64,000 bases of DNA from Neodothiora populina. Lineage: Eukaryota. Made by a program: the position numbers and the translations under genes. How positions within the stretch are numbered: position 1 is the stretch's first letter; each line of letters starts with the position of its first letter. This document shows, piece by piece, positions 1 to 13,138 of this stretch. Under the pieces are notes generated by a model, which did no database searches, was not told the DNA's origin, and worked only from the letters and a program-made list of their open reading frames with translations. The stretch lies in contig NW_027191414.1 of assembly GCF_041146345.1 (NCBI RefSeq), forward strand, positions 1,302,001 to 1,366,000, given 5' to 3'.

Positions 1-794
1 AAGCGATGGGGAAGAAAAATGATAGCGATTGGAAGAAGCTGGGGCCGCTATCGGGGACTAAACCTTTCCAGATGCATCGTGATTGCTCGGCGCAATACAT
101 TTTGGAGGACGATTGGGGCGCGGAAGCTTGCACCGGGCCCGGGTCAACACAAGTTGATGAACCTCGGCGATGTAACATCGGTTTGTGTTTACCTTGCGAT
201 TGCGTATGCCGGCGGTTTAGCCGTCATCCATACACGTACTGGTAATCCCGTCGTGGAGCTCTCCGGTGAAGGCGAGAGAGAGAGAACAGCGCTTTGTGCT
301 TGACTATCGAGGCTTTATCACTGTTCATTCAGCCCTTGATATGCCGAATATTGCATCCAGCAGCCAATGACCGTTGTGTAACTTGTCATCAGTAAGCTAA
401 GAAGAAGGCATCTAAGTCTTGCGGCGTGCCGCGTTGGATTGTAACCTACCGTATCGAAGAAACGCGCCGCTACCGGATAACAATCACGTCCACCCGCACA
501 GGCTTGCTTCACCGGTGGAACCTCGATTTCTGTTACGACACCACCTCGCAAGGAAGCCCTTTTTGCAGACACTTCGACTCGTCTCTGACGGTCGGCAGAC
601 GGGAGCAGTCGGCCGAGTCTTTCTTCTAGCACCATCTTGATCCTCCGTCTGCTTTTTACCCCAGTGATATGACATGTCACATCTGAGACGGATGGAACGG
701 TGCTGGCCCGCAATATACTCCACATGGTATTGATTCAATTGTAACCTTTTGGCATTACCACTACTGCTGCTACCATCGCCGCTCCTTTTCTGGG

Positions 795-831
<37 letters not shown>

Positions 832-842
832 CACTGCTACGA
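795..842. repeat. (CTA)n trinucleotide microsatellite
   Basis: Run of ctactacta... visible at about 795-835 with a degenerate tail; explains the poly-Val spurious ORF 484-906. Confidence 0.9.
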
Positions 843-1340
843 TTGCTACCCTTTCCGGCCAATAACGCAATACCACAATTGCTGGCGTATATGCTACCTG
901 ATACATGTTACTCTATCGCTGACCCAGCATTGTCCAACCTCGCCTATCATACTGTTCAAATCAGCAACTCAGAAGAATAATACAATATGCTTGTATAGCT
1001 AATCGGTCAGACTAGATGCTTGAGATCTTCTCATCCATCTGCATTCAGTCATAATCGATAGGTGTAGCCAGCTTCTGCTTTGTGATCTCACTCTTATCAA
1101 GGACCAAAGGTCTATTCACTTTTCATCAACGCCTTTAGCTGTTTATTGCTGTCATATTCCTTGCTTAATCACGTTGCGTGGACGGATTTGACTATTTCTG
1201 ATCAAGCTTTGGTTTATTGATGCCTGACGGCACTTCTTTCCTACCATAATTTCTGAATATCCTCATTTTGCACCTCTACCGCGATCATCTGCGATTAGAG
1301 ACGGGAGCTAAGAAGAGAAGAAAGATCCCCTCATACACGG

Positions 1341-3181
1341 ATGACATCTCTGACGGGGCAAACCCTCGCTATTGTCACCCACTTACTCAGACGCCTACGA
1401 AGAATCAATTCTTCACTGGTTGCAATGCTGGCCTCACTGCTCCACGTCAGTCAACCACACACCCGTCCTCACGCACACTCTGCGCACTCGCAGCCGGCGA
1501 AGAATGCGGTCGATGTACAAGTACGATCTATAGACGAGCCAATGCCTCCAGATCGAGACGGCACAGCGGAAGCCATGGAAGTATTTCTTGCCGAGGTGAA
1601 GGATTTGTTTGAGGCACCGCTACACGATAAGAGCTTGCACGCCATATCACGGCAACTGCAGAAAGAGTTCCAGGATAAATTACGGGCGAGCAATGTGTGC
1701 ATGTTACCGTCGTTCAATCATACACTTCCCACCGGCAAGGAGACTGGGACAATCCTCGCTCTCGATGTGGGTGGATCGACGTTTCGTCTTGCTCTTGTCG
1801 AGTTGACGGGCAGGCAACCATTGCAAGGAGAATGTACGGGAGACGGAGATATGGAGATTAAGCAAATGAAGTCATTTCCGATCGACGAGAGCGTTCGCTC
1901 GCTGCAGGGTCGTTTGTTCTTCGACTGGATGGCTTGCAGGGTGGAGGAAGTGCTCGAGGCGGACCAGCATCGGGCCGACAGCAAGGCGGAAGGTGCGCTC
2001 CCCATGGCGCTTGCATGGTCTTTCCCGATCGAGCAGACTTCTTCCAAGACAGGCTCCTTGATGCCCATGGGTAAAGGTTTCCTTGCGACGAAAGGCGTCG
2101 AAGGCCAGGATATTTGCGAACTATTCACCTCAGCGTGTCGCGCGAGGAATCTGAACGTGGCACTTGAGGCCATCGTCAACGATTCTTCTGCTACACTTCT
2201 TCGCCAAGCCTATCGTGACCCAAGCACGCGCATCTCTCTCATTATCGGTACGGGTATCAATGCAGCAATTTACCTGCCGCTCAATGCCTTGTCAAAAGAG
2301 AAATTCGGTCAAAGAGAAGATTCATGGTGGCATGAAGCCAAACACGTTCTTGTCAATACGGAGCTTTCCATGTTTGGCAAGGATCTGTGGAACTCGACGC
2401 GATGGGATGACGAACTTAATCGCAATCATCCTCTGCCTGACTTTCAGCCATTGGAGTACAAGGCGAGTGGTAGATTCTTGGGTGAGATCGTCCGACTTGT
2501 CCTTGTGGAAGCTATAGAGAAGGGCTTTCTATTTGGGGCCGAAATGCCAAGGGGATTGCACCAGACTTATACGCTTGATACCGGTCTAATTGGTTTAATA
2601 GAGAGGTATGCTGGGTTCGCATTTAATTAATTTCACATGGACAGAAACACTGACAGGGCTCGAATAGTGATAAATCTTGCGATCTTGCAGCGTCAATATC
2701 GGCATTTTCCAAAGCTCATCCTCTTCCGTCGGGCAGTTCAGCAGCAGGCAGCATCACGGCACAGGACATGCGTTTTGTTCGCCAAGTGAGCAATATGGTC
2801 ACTACACGCTCTGCCGCTTATGTGGCTACCGCCGTTCACGCTCTGTGGGAGCTTGAACGCGATTCAGCTGCCGCGTGCACATCTTGCCATTCGCAAGAGG
2901 CCGTATCGCAATCCGAAAAGGCTGAGAAGCCCAAAATGACTGTTGCATGCAATGGATCGATCATGGAAAAGTATCCGCTATTCAGGACGAGATGTCAGGG
3001 TTGGCTTGATGATCTAGTCGCTCTCAGCGCCGCCTGTGATGCGGTTCGTCTCGACGGAGTCGATGCCAGCAACGCGGGGGAGCCCGAAAAGCAGGTTGTC
3101 TGCATCGAAATGGCACATGAGAGTTCGATATTCGGCGCCGCAGTCGCTGCAGTTGCTGATGCGGATAATTTCGGTTCATGA
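1341..3181 (+). CDS. Hexokinase-family protein, probable N-acetylglucosamine kinase (HXK1/hxk3 type); 2 exons, intron 2606-2667
   Basis: Hexokinase motifs LALDVGGSTFR, WSFP, IVNDSSATL, IIGTGINAA, NTELSMFG, NGSIMEKYP, SSIFGAAVAA. Intron GTATGC...CTGAC...TAG joins ORF 1341 in frame to ORF 2768-3181. Sits in the GlcNAc cluster. Confidence 0.9.
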
Positions 3182-3553
3182 TCGGGCATCATCACAAGCC
3201 GAGACTGGACCGTCCTTCTCACGTTTCTCAAGATTGGAACGAGAGATTTTTCCTCCAGTCAAGCGCGCGGCGGAGGCATCCTCGAGCACAAAGTCCGCAG
3301 ACGAAGAGGAGAAAGACCACGAATTTTATACAGATCTTAAAAATGCATTACGGCGATTAATCTTTCCTGGTTTCTTTCCCACATCATCTCGTTCATAGAC
3401 CCATACCCTCCGCGCAGTCCTGTCCCAGGGAACAGTATAAATCCATCTCTCCCATCAGAGCATGACTCAAACATACTAACCACTACTTCCTCGACCACGC
3501 CCTGCGTTCTTCCTCGCTGCTGGAAGAGAGGTCAGCAGCAGAGAGGGTGGGCC

Positions 3554-3890
3554 GAGACCGCGAGGCGCGAGAAGCAGGCATGCGTCGAGTCGCGCTTTTG
3601 TTTTGTAGTATGTGAAAATAGTGATGAACTGCGCCGGGGCCGCCAAAGAAGGATATATGCTAGTAAAGAGGCGGGCGACGAGACCGCGAGGCGTGAGAAG
3701 CAGGCATGCATCGACCCCGATTGTGGTCTCTGGTACATAGAGCACACTGCGCCAGGGCCGCTAAAGAGGAATATGTGCTAGCAAAGAGGCGGACGACGAG
3801 ACCGCTAGGCACGAGAAGCAGGCATACGTCAAGTCGCGCTTTTGTTTTCTGGTTTACAAAAAATGGTAGTGAACTGCGCTGTGGGCCGCA
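3554..3890. repeat. Three imperfect tandem copies of a ~120-bp unit (gagaccgcgaggcgcgagaagcaggcatgc...)
   Basis: Unit starts recur at about 3554, 3680 and 3798; in the shared core the copies differ largely by C>T/G>A transitions. Confidence 0.85.
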
Positions 3891-5555
3891 GGCGGGCATC
3901 TAGGTCAGGTTAATCTTTTGGACAACAGAGGCAGATTATACTGGTATTACGGCGGAAGGTTTGGTATAGACACTATATATCAAAGCTTTCAACAAACGTA
4001 GATTCGATCATACTAACAACCATCTCCTCACTTAATGTGACTTTGCAAAGCGTAGCTTCAGGGGTCGCTAAATCGACCATCCACGTGTATAAATACCTTG
4101 TGCATAGATACCTTACCTTAAGCAAAGCGATACAGCTGATTGACGAGCAACGCCAGCGTGCTATATCCATAGTAAGCTCTTCTCGGAGAAGGGAGACAAA
4201 ATCAAAGACCAGGGTCCCCATACAAGGTTCCTTACCCAGCCTCAAACCCATCGCGCCGCTCCCACCGCAAAGACCGCCCGACGCAACAGGCAGGCAAACG
4301 CCACCTTCCTCCCTCCCCTCGCTAGCAACAGGGCAGCAAACGACCAGCGGCTTCAGCAGGGGTATAAATAAATTACCTACCTCTATACCCTCCCTGAGAA
4401 CATCACACCCAGCCTCCTGGCTCTAGCTACGCTACACGCCAGAGAGCAACAACATATTCCGCAGCATGCATTCGAACGCGCAGATTCCGTTGCTAAGGTA
4501 TGGTTGGGGAGCAAGCCTGCGCTGGTCTGCTGGCTGGGGTCTGGGGCTTGGGTTCTCGAGTTTCGTCTATCTGGTTTGGGGGGCGTGCCTGCTTCAGCTG
4601 CTTATTGAGGTGCTTAGAAAGTTGTTGAGTTGTCTGTACGCTGGGGTGTGAGCCTGTGGATCAGATGGTGTGCTACGAGAAGGATTCTCATAGCCGTCGT
4701 CGATAGCCCGTTGCTCCCCATTGTCACGCACGATGCCGCGGTCATGCTCTGATAATCGCGCTCTCATGCTACGATGGCTTGCAATTCAAGACATAGTGTA
4801 GAGGAGACTTGCCTTACAATTCCTCGGTAGGCGAGAAGAAAAGGGTCCAGAAGAAAAGGGAATGAACGAGTGAACAAGTCGGATGTGGAACCAGGTAAAT
4901 GAACAGCAAAAGTGAAGACTGACTGAAAGGAAAGTAATATAAAAGTTGTCATCATAGCAGATTTTGCATATTGGGGCATAAATAATGGGTATATGTGAAC
5001 CTCTTCTCTCTCTTCCTTCTCTCTCTGTCTCGTCTTCTTTCCCTTCCCCGCGTCTTTATGTCTGCTTCACTTGTCTTCTCTTTCTCGCCCCGCGACGAAT
5101 GAATAGAAGATGCTTTCGAAAGCGAATGATCGAATGTTGTCTAACTATACTGTCCGTCCTCTTTTCTGGTCTTTTGTTCTTGTTTCTCTTGAAGATGCCC
5201 AGGTTTTGGTTTTTGAGCAATACACGCGCCTTCTTCGTATTGTGGATATCGTGTGGTTCGTGTCGTCATATGTATCTGGCTCTTGATCTTTTCTTGAATG
5301 GCCTTTGTAGATCAAACAGAGCCATTCTAGGCTGTCATGGCGGGTCCATTAGCGATGAGGGGTTCAGCCACTCAATACAGTAGCTGGGGCTCCTAGTGCG
5401 ATTGGAGACCGTGATGTTTGCGAAGAGATGATCGAGTTGTCGTTCACGTAGTAGTCGAACGAGCTCTGGTCCCTTCTATCGCCACGCCACGTTTCCACGA
5501 TATCAAGACAAGACGCCTAATGCCCTCGGCTTGTCGCGAAGCATTACTCCAACAT

Positions 5556-7701
5556 TCAGCCTACATCCTCACTGAAATATCGCTTACTCCTGCCACTCCA
5601 CACTCCGCTACTGATGGATCCTCTTCCACCTCCCATAGCGCCACCAGCTCCAGGCCTAGCCGCACTTCTCGCTCCGACTTCAGGACCGGTGGTGTGTACT
5701 GTCTTGATGTGATGCACGACATGAGGTCGATAGACCGCATCAACAGGGGGCATCCAGTCGTCCAAGCTGAGAGGAAAGTATTCATACAGCAAATCGGCTG
5801 ATTCGTCAGGGCTGGAAACAACGTTGAGTGCGAATGAGGAAGGCAGACGATTCGACGCCGAGGCAGGAGGTGGTGGGGCCATGGACGCAACTCGTTTCGG
5901 CGGATGTGAGATGTGATTGTCAACGCTTTGTGCCATTGATGATGGAGTCAACGTGTTCTGGCTCGCGCTTTTGTTGTGATGCGGATTGTGGGGGGGTTGC
6001 TGTTGTTGTTGTTGCTGCTGCTGCTGCTGCGGCTTTGGAGGGGAGTATCGCGTGGTCTTGGGTGATACAGATATCGGCTTCGGCGTTTCTTCGTCCACCA
6101 GACTGAGCTTCTGAGGCGCGGCAGTTGCTGGTGGTGTACTGAGTGATATGGGCTGGGCGACCTGCGCTTGTACACCATTCGCACCGGGTGTCGGTCTTGA
6201 AAGATCCGGACTGGAAAGAGCATAGACGGCAGCTGCATCGAATCCTGAAGGTCCTTGAGGCAAAGCTGTCATGGCACCTTGTCGTGGCTGTTGCGTTTGA
6301 CGTTGCGATTGTTGATGCGGGTCCGGAAGTAGAGAATTATCGAAAAGTCCAGGTGGTATGGAGAAATCATTAGGGTCAAAAAAGGAAGCAACCGACATTG
6401 GCGGTCCGGCTGCCGGTTCTGTCTTGGCTGGCGCCGACGTGAGATCCTGCTTTTGCTGTTGCTGCGTCAGGCGGTTGTTAGAGTCAGTCGAGTTGACTCG
6501 AGGTAATTGGCCAGGCATGACCGTAGACTTGCGGACATGATTCGCGGCTCCTGTCAAAGGAGTATCTTTGCGTGACTGGAAATTGCGAGGACTGCGACCT
6601 CTTACAATGATGGCGCCGGACTGAGCGGACGCAATGGAGACTTTGCCCCCTGTCGCGAGGGTGGCCATGACCCGCAGATGCAGAAGAAAATGTTGCTGTA
6701 GCTCCTTCCTCCGACCATTATTTGCGGTTGCGATCCTGAACTGTAGTCTTTTCCACTGGAAGGGAAATGTGGCATACTCCGAATCAACTTCTTGAAGAGT
6801 CGCCATGTCAAGAGGAATGGCGGGAGGCTCTCTTTCCGTCTTGTCATCGGCAGACGGTGGATTGATGTTGGCTGGTGTCTTCCATGGTACCGAAATCAAT
6901 TTCACCGGATTGCCCTCTGTCGATTCCGTCGCTGTCACGACAAGCTCTTGGCTCACAATAGGGATCTGCTTGCCCTCGCTTGTGAGAATGTAGTGCAATG
7001 TCTTGGGTAACGTTACGTTGCCAGTAATCTGGAACAAGTTCCGTCGGTAGCATGTCAACTCCGCTGGCGGACCACTGCCATCCATTACAGATGCCCAAGG
7101 TGACTCGGCCAGGAAGAACATTCCGTGTAACTGCGCCGTCAGTGATATAGATATTTGACGATATGTGTAATCCAGCAAGACATATTCCAGGTTTGGGATG
7201 GAGAAGCTCAGCAGCTTATGATCGCGATCGACCGTCGTCTCTCCCTCATTCGTCTCCTGGTGTATCGGATTTTCGAAAGCGCTGACGACATCAGAAAAAG
7301 TATCATCGATATTTCCAGAGAATCGCTTCATGGACGGCGTGGTTTGATGCGCTTGCTGTTGCTGCTGTTGTTGCAACCCGTACATGTCCTCGCTCCTGTT
7401 TGGTACTCCTGATCAGCGAATCGAGTCTTCTCTGCGCATCAATCGCTGATGCGCATATAGCAGAGACACGATCTTACCCTGCAAAGGTATGTGCATCAAA
7501 ATTGGATTGATGGTCGAAGGTGTCCATGGGCTGCATGAGCATCTTCGAGTATGCATCCGGTGTGGTGTCATATTGCAGATTAGACAATCCGGTATATGTC
7601 ATGGTAGACGTATCGAAGCCCTCCATGGTGAATCGATCATTTGTCGTGCTCGCCACGTCGCAGTGTTGTTTGCCGGTGTGGTTGTACCATTCGAAGTTCA
7701 C
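5556..7701 (-). CDS. RON1: Ndt80/PhoG-family transcription factor, RON1-like regulator of GlcNAc catabolism; exon 1 from 7701 (or ATG 7626) to 7478, intron 7396-7477, exon 2 7395-5556
   Basis: Ndt80 DNA-binding motifs ELTCYRRNLFQI, WKRLQFRIATANNGRRKELQQHF, IIVRGRSPRNF; C-terminal YEYFPLSLDDWMPPVDAVYRPHVVHH; cluster context. Confidence 0.88.
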
Positions 7702-8222
7702 TCCTTCCTATCCTGATAACGTTCCTTCCGCTCGACGCACCACAGCGGTATCCGGATTCAGATCGACTTGTCGCTGCTATACAGACGCAGATAAATAATT
7801 CAAGACCAGCTTCGCAGTTGCCGCCTTCGCCGAAACAAAGATAGCCGAGATATGGTAAAGGTAGCACGAGCAACAATCAATCAGTCCGGTGTGTCGCAAT
7901 GAGTTGCGGCCAAGAGCGCATGACAAGGACTGATGACCAGATTAACTGTCCGACTCCTGTCTCATCTCATTCGTCTACTGTTGCACTGTTTCAGAAAGCT
8001 GTCTCGCACGCACACACAGGCCAATCTCGTCGTTTGTCTAGACTGTAACAGGTCGAATGTGAGAATGTTGGTCGCGAGATGAATTGCGGGACACCCCGAG
8101 CATCACAAGGAGTTGCGAATGCGGGTTGACCCTCACTCTCCCACTCGTCCTTTCCTTTGCTTTGCGCCCTGGTCGACAGAGCTCCAAGATTTGGGCGGGT
8201 GCCGTCGGCAATTCGCGGTTGT

Positions 8223-8231
8223 TTTTGTGCC
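8223..8231 (-). promoter_or_regulatory. Ndt80-type MSE consensus site (GGCACAAAA) upstream of RON1
   Basis: Exact match to GNCRCAAAW on the minus strand, about 0.5 kb upstream of the RON1 start. Short motif that could occur by chance. Confidence 0.3.
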
Positions 8232-9248
8232 ACCGCCAATACTCCTGGTCCTGTCAAACCCAGCCACAACAGAGAGCAGTAAATTAAACAAGAAGGACCT
8301 TGGTCAATTGTAGTAAAGCTATATAGTGATACCCTAGCTATCCGTTACGGCAACGACTGCACCAGGGTCTCCTCCACCTCCACATTCGTTTCCTACATAT
8401 GTCCAGAACGGCACAGTGCTTTGGCCCATGATGATGATCACTTCGGCAGCTCCGAGACCCCTTGTGTCCGTATCGCTCGGTGCGCCTTATACTATCAAGG
8501 CACCCAGCGCGGCCGGAAAGATCCTCGATCGGGAGGTTTGTTAGACAGTAATCCCTCTGAACCATGACCCGAGTTGTCCTTTGCGCTTGTGATCGCACGA
8601 GACAAACCTAAACCCCGCTGCGGAGTTAGTCTTCATGCAAGTGCTGAGCAATGACCTGGTGTGAGTGTGGAGAGCCGTGTGCTTTATGTCAGTAATGCTA
8701 TAGCACTCATGACCTGATCTGATCGAACTAACGACTTCTGTCCTGACTGACGGTCGAGGCTGTTCCCGCGCATAGTGTGACAAAGGACGAGACGCCTCTG
8801 AACGCACTTTGCTGTGCCGCATGTTGCCGAGGGATTTGACTGCATGCTGCATGAACACATGTGTAACGGGCATCCTCTGCTATATGCCTAGATCTGTCGC
8901 GGATGGACACAAATGTTCGTATTTGCACCTGTCGTGCCAGGAGATGGCCGTCATCATTGCACTTTGCTAGCCGGGAAAAAGATAGAAACGACGGATTTCG
9001 AAATGATATCGTAACCTCGTACATTCACAAAACTATCTCTGAATATATGGTATCGATCCTGACGCAGTCTTGCTGATGAGCATTGAGATAGATTGGGGAT
9101 GATAAAAGAAGTGAAGAAAGAGAGATACAAGAAGAAAGGAAAGGCCGTGATGGCCATCAAGCAGCGGGTCCAAGTAAAGTGTTTGCCGAATCCAGGACAA
9201 CAAGTTCTCGAACATCACACAGCATTCAGCCCTGACAACAGACCACTC

Positions 9249-12200
9249 TCAGCTTGACCATGTGGCCTGCTGTGGCGGATGTGGTGTGGTCCATGTGGCT
9301 GCATCGCAGCTGACTTCCTCGAATGTGTGCAATGTCGTGAAACCCATGGCTGAGAGTCCGTCGAAATTACCATCGCCATCCATGTAGTCGACGATGCACG
9401 CCTGACATCCCTGCTTTTTGATCTGCTTGGCTCCCAGCAGTATCAATCCTTGTAGCAGCGTCGAATATTCGCCGACTGCTGGACTGATGACGGGGCTTGA
9501 TATTCCTCCCATCATCACATCGTCTGCCGCGTCGCGCATCGAGGGCACGAACTCTGCCAACGTCGATTGCATGTTGTACAAGACCACTGTACCAACCAGT
9601 GTCCCATCTTCCGGTCTCTTGGCTCGGATAATACCGCACGCGGCAGGATCCGAAAGTGCAAGCCTATACACTTCTGCCAGACCTTGGCGATTGCTCGTCT
9701 TTATGTGATCGAGGATGGCGGACGAATATTCCCATCCGTACACGAGGTCGAAATCCACACCGGCTGACTGTAGTGACTTTGCCATTCCTTCTGGCGGCGC
9801 CCAAGTCTGTAGATTACGTGCGATCATACTGCAGATTGGTCGCGACAAGGCCGTGTTCCCTGTGTTATTCATTAGCATGAATTCTTGCTGAAATGCGCAA
9901 GTACGGTCCGACTTACAGCCCAAGTTGGCAAACCATGACCGTAGTCGTTTGCGTTCGGACGTATGGCCTGAAGGTATGCCCAGGTAGATACTTGGCAGCC
10001 TTGAGCCGAGCTGGAAGCGCCGAACGCCTTCCCTTTGTAGCAACGTGCGAATTGCTCGACTGTGTAAAGAGTGACCGATAGACAGCTTGCGTCTCGCAGG
10101 GTCAACGAAGACGGCACCAATGACACCCGTGCCTGTGGCTTTAAAGTAGTATGTAGAGCAGAAACCGTATAATGCCTGAGTACTGCTGTTACGCACGACG
10201 AAATGTGACTCGAGTACGTCTTGTTGCCGAAGCAGGAACGAATTTGAGGTGGCACTGGATAGTTCCGACCGATGCCCTGGAGTTTGCTCTTCCACCACGG
10301 ATCGTATGAGGTTGTCAAGAGCATGCGCATCTCGGTCTTCGTTGAAATTCTCTACTAACCAGTGCTGTTTCGACGCAGACAGCTTTTGACTCTGGCTTAT
10401 CGTTCCAGGAAGTGACCCGGTAGGTGTTACATCTCCGTAAAGAACCTTTACCAACGATACCAGTGCGGTCTCTGTAAAGTCATAGGTGCAAAGATAGGTC
10501 CCGATCGATGAGTCCATTGCAAAATCGTATGGAGAACTGACAGCCACAACGATAAGAGGCTTCTCTCTTCTCTCACCTCCCGCAGTGTATTGCATGTTGC
10601 AAATCATTGAGACGTGCTTCGTGAAGCCATGCTGATATAAGTTTCGATTTGCATCAGCTGTGAGCACGATGACCGCGCTAGCCCTGTTGATCAGGTTTTC
10701 ATGCTGGGGTCGGACGCCGTTGGCAGTATAACTCGTGTGTAGAACCCTTCCACTGCGTTGTCGAGCTAAGGAGCGGCCAAGCTCACGGAACACTCGTTCA
10801 CCACTCATCACGGATGCCCCCCTCTCCCAGTGCGCTGGCTCTGGAGAATGGGCAGATTGTTCTGATAATTGGCGAGAAGCTGCAGACGCAGCTAAGGGTT
10901 TAACCAGTGGTGTCAATAAAAGTAGCTCGTCTTCGGCTTCGATGATGTTCGTGAGGGGTATCAGTCGGTTCTTGTCTCGCACGACTGTGATACTCGAGTT
11001 GTATGCTTTCGTGGACAATGCAGTATGTGATGGCTGCAGGCGTGAGAGTAGTCCGATGCCCGGAGGATTGAGGGCCTTTTCCCACGAGGTGCATTTCTTT
11101 TTCATGGCAAGCACTCTGTTCAGGGACTGGTATACCCTTTGCTTGGTAATGTTATCGTTTTCTAGTCCCAATTTGAAGCCGTTGATTGCTTCTAGTTGAT
11201 GTGAGAATGACCGACAGAGCAGCACAATGTCACAGCCTGCGTTGACGGCCATGACTGTTCCTCCTCCTACTCCGATATTGTGGCTGAGCGCCTCCATTTC
11301 TAGACATTCCGAAACGACCACGCCGTCGAACTTCAGGTCAGACCGGAGCAGGCCATCGATCACTTGGTCGGACAAGCAAGCGTGCATCACATTCAGTCCA
11401 GCTGATGACATGGCACAACCGCCCACCATTATGGCATCAATTCCCTCCTTGATAGCATTGCGGAAAGGGACCAGAGCGTTCAGGCTAAGCTGCTCCAGTG
11501 ATTCCGTGATAGTCGGAACGTTCAGAGATGAGCCGAGAAACTCGAGATTGCCATACGAAGGAAAATGCTTGCCCATAGTAGCAAGTCCAGCTGCCTTGTA
11601 TCCTCTCATGGAGGCAACTCCGTATTGAGAGACCTCTTGCGGGTCGTCTCCGCTCGTCCTCACTCCAAGGGGCTGGTTCCGTGCATTTGTCAGTACATCT
11701 AGACATGGGCCGAAGATCCAGTTGATGCCACACGTCGCAATCTCCTCTGCTGTGGCTTTCGCAACCTCGTAGGCAAGGTTCGTTGACCCTGTCGCAGCGA
11801 GACCCATGGCACTTGGGTACTGTCTGATATAGATCTCATCGAACAGACTGTTGACGCCGCCGTTCTCCTGGTCCACGGCGATAGCCAACGGCACTGGGTG
11901 GCCAGCATCGTATGCGCATTTCTGTAGTTCATATACCAGATTCTTGGTGTCCTCGGCAGCTAGCACACATGTCAGCTTCGAGACATACTCAGGGTTGGAG
12001 AATCTGATATCACATTTCAAGTTCTTGGCAGTCAGAAGAATTGAGCCAAGATGATGTTCTTGGATGAGTGTTCGTATCTGAGGAGTCACGGTTGTTCCAT
12101 CAAAGCCTTAGGACGAGTCAGTCATTGCTGAGCATCACAAACGACCATATCTGCATACCCATCATAAAGAGCTGCCCCAGCGTTCTTTCGTGCATCGTTA

Positions 12201-12292
12201 GCTCTCTGTCGCATATTCATTGGACACGCACATCTATCGTACTTGTTCATATCATCCCATACTGGGTCGAGTCGAGATCCGGGTCCATCCAT
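9249..12292 (-). CDS. NGS1: GH3 beta-N-acetylhexosaminidase-like domain fused to GNAT acetyltransferase domain(s); NGS1/NAG3-type GlcNAc sensor; 5 exons
   Basis: Spliced N-terminus MDGPGSRLDPVWDDMNK/TLGQLFMMG/FDGTTVTP; GH3 motifs AVDQENGGV, KHFP, AVNAGCDIVL; GNAT motif VFVDPARRKLSIG. Introns include 11960-12013 and 9860-9916. Divergent from DAC1. Confidence 0.88.
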
Positions 12293-13138
12293 CTCGACGG
12301 TCGTGCTTTAGCCCGATGACATACAGTAGCCTCGGCCAACCCTTGGATGTCAGTAATACACACAGCTACGATTCGAGCACACTGGTCCGCGTGGGGAACA
12401 ATGGCACTAGGCGGACTCGGTATAGCAAGAGAGTAAAACCGCTATGGCTGTGGTCTGTTTAGCCGATCACGTTGCAATACGTTATTACATGGACACCAGC
12501 ATGTGGTAGCCGGGTCATAGCGTGCCCTCTAATCCGATGTAGTAATGTCGTGGGCACGTTTCCTTTGCACCATAGGGCGGGCCGCTTTCGCAACGAGAGC
12601 TGGAGGTTCAAGGTTGCATCTGGAGCGGCCACGCGCGGACCGAAACGCCGAGATGGGCTAGCAGGGTGGGAAAGCTTGGCATAACGTCGACGGAAAAGCG
12701 TGGGTTCTCTCGCAGAGCCTCATCCATCCCGACGGTACTGTTACATGTACATTTCAGAAGGAGTGGAGATGTCCTATCACAAGCAACCTCTTATCAAGGA
12801 GGTCTGTCAGAGAAAAAAGTCTAAGACCGTCGTCATATGTGCAATGGCAGGCTCCAACACGACCTACAGTGACGATGTTGCTACCCTGAGGCTCCACCCG
12901 GCCTTCAGCGCCGGATAGATAGGTAACAGTGCCTTTCATGTTCATGATAGCCATTTGGCTTCATAGTAAGTCTATCATATACTACTCTTTTACTTCGTGG
13001 GTTGTCTCTTCATTCACATTTCCTTGAACGTACACGAAGTAAAGTGATAGCTCTTGTGACGGTGCGAAAATCCCGTTGTATACCTTATCTTTATAGACCC
13101 CAATACTTAGACGTTCAACTATCATTGCGCTCGCAAAG

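Noticed and set aside
318..906. ORFs 318-725, 426-629 and 484-906
   Set aside because: No recognisable motifs; the poly-Val stretch comes from the (CTA)n microsatellite.
3554..3890. Repeat-spacer-like look (CRISPR-like)
   Set aside because: Eukaryotic context, only three long degenerate units, the intervening segments are related to each other, and there are no cas genes.
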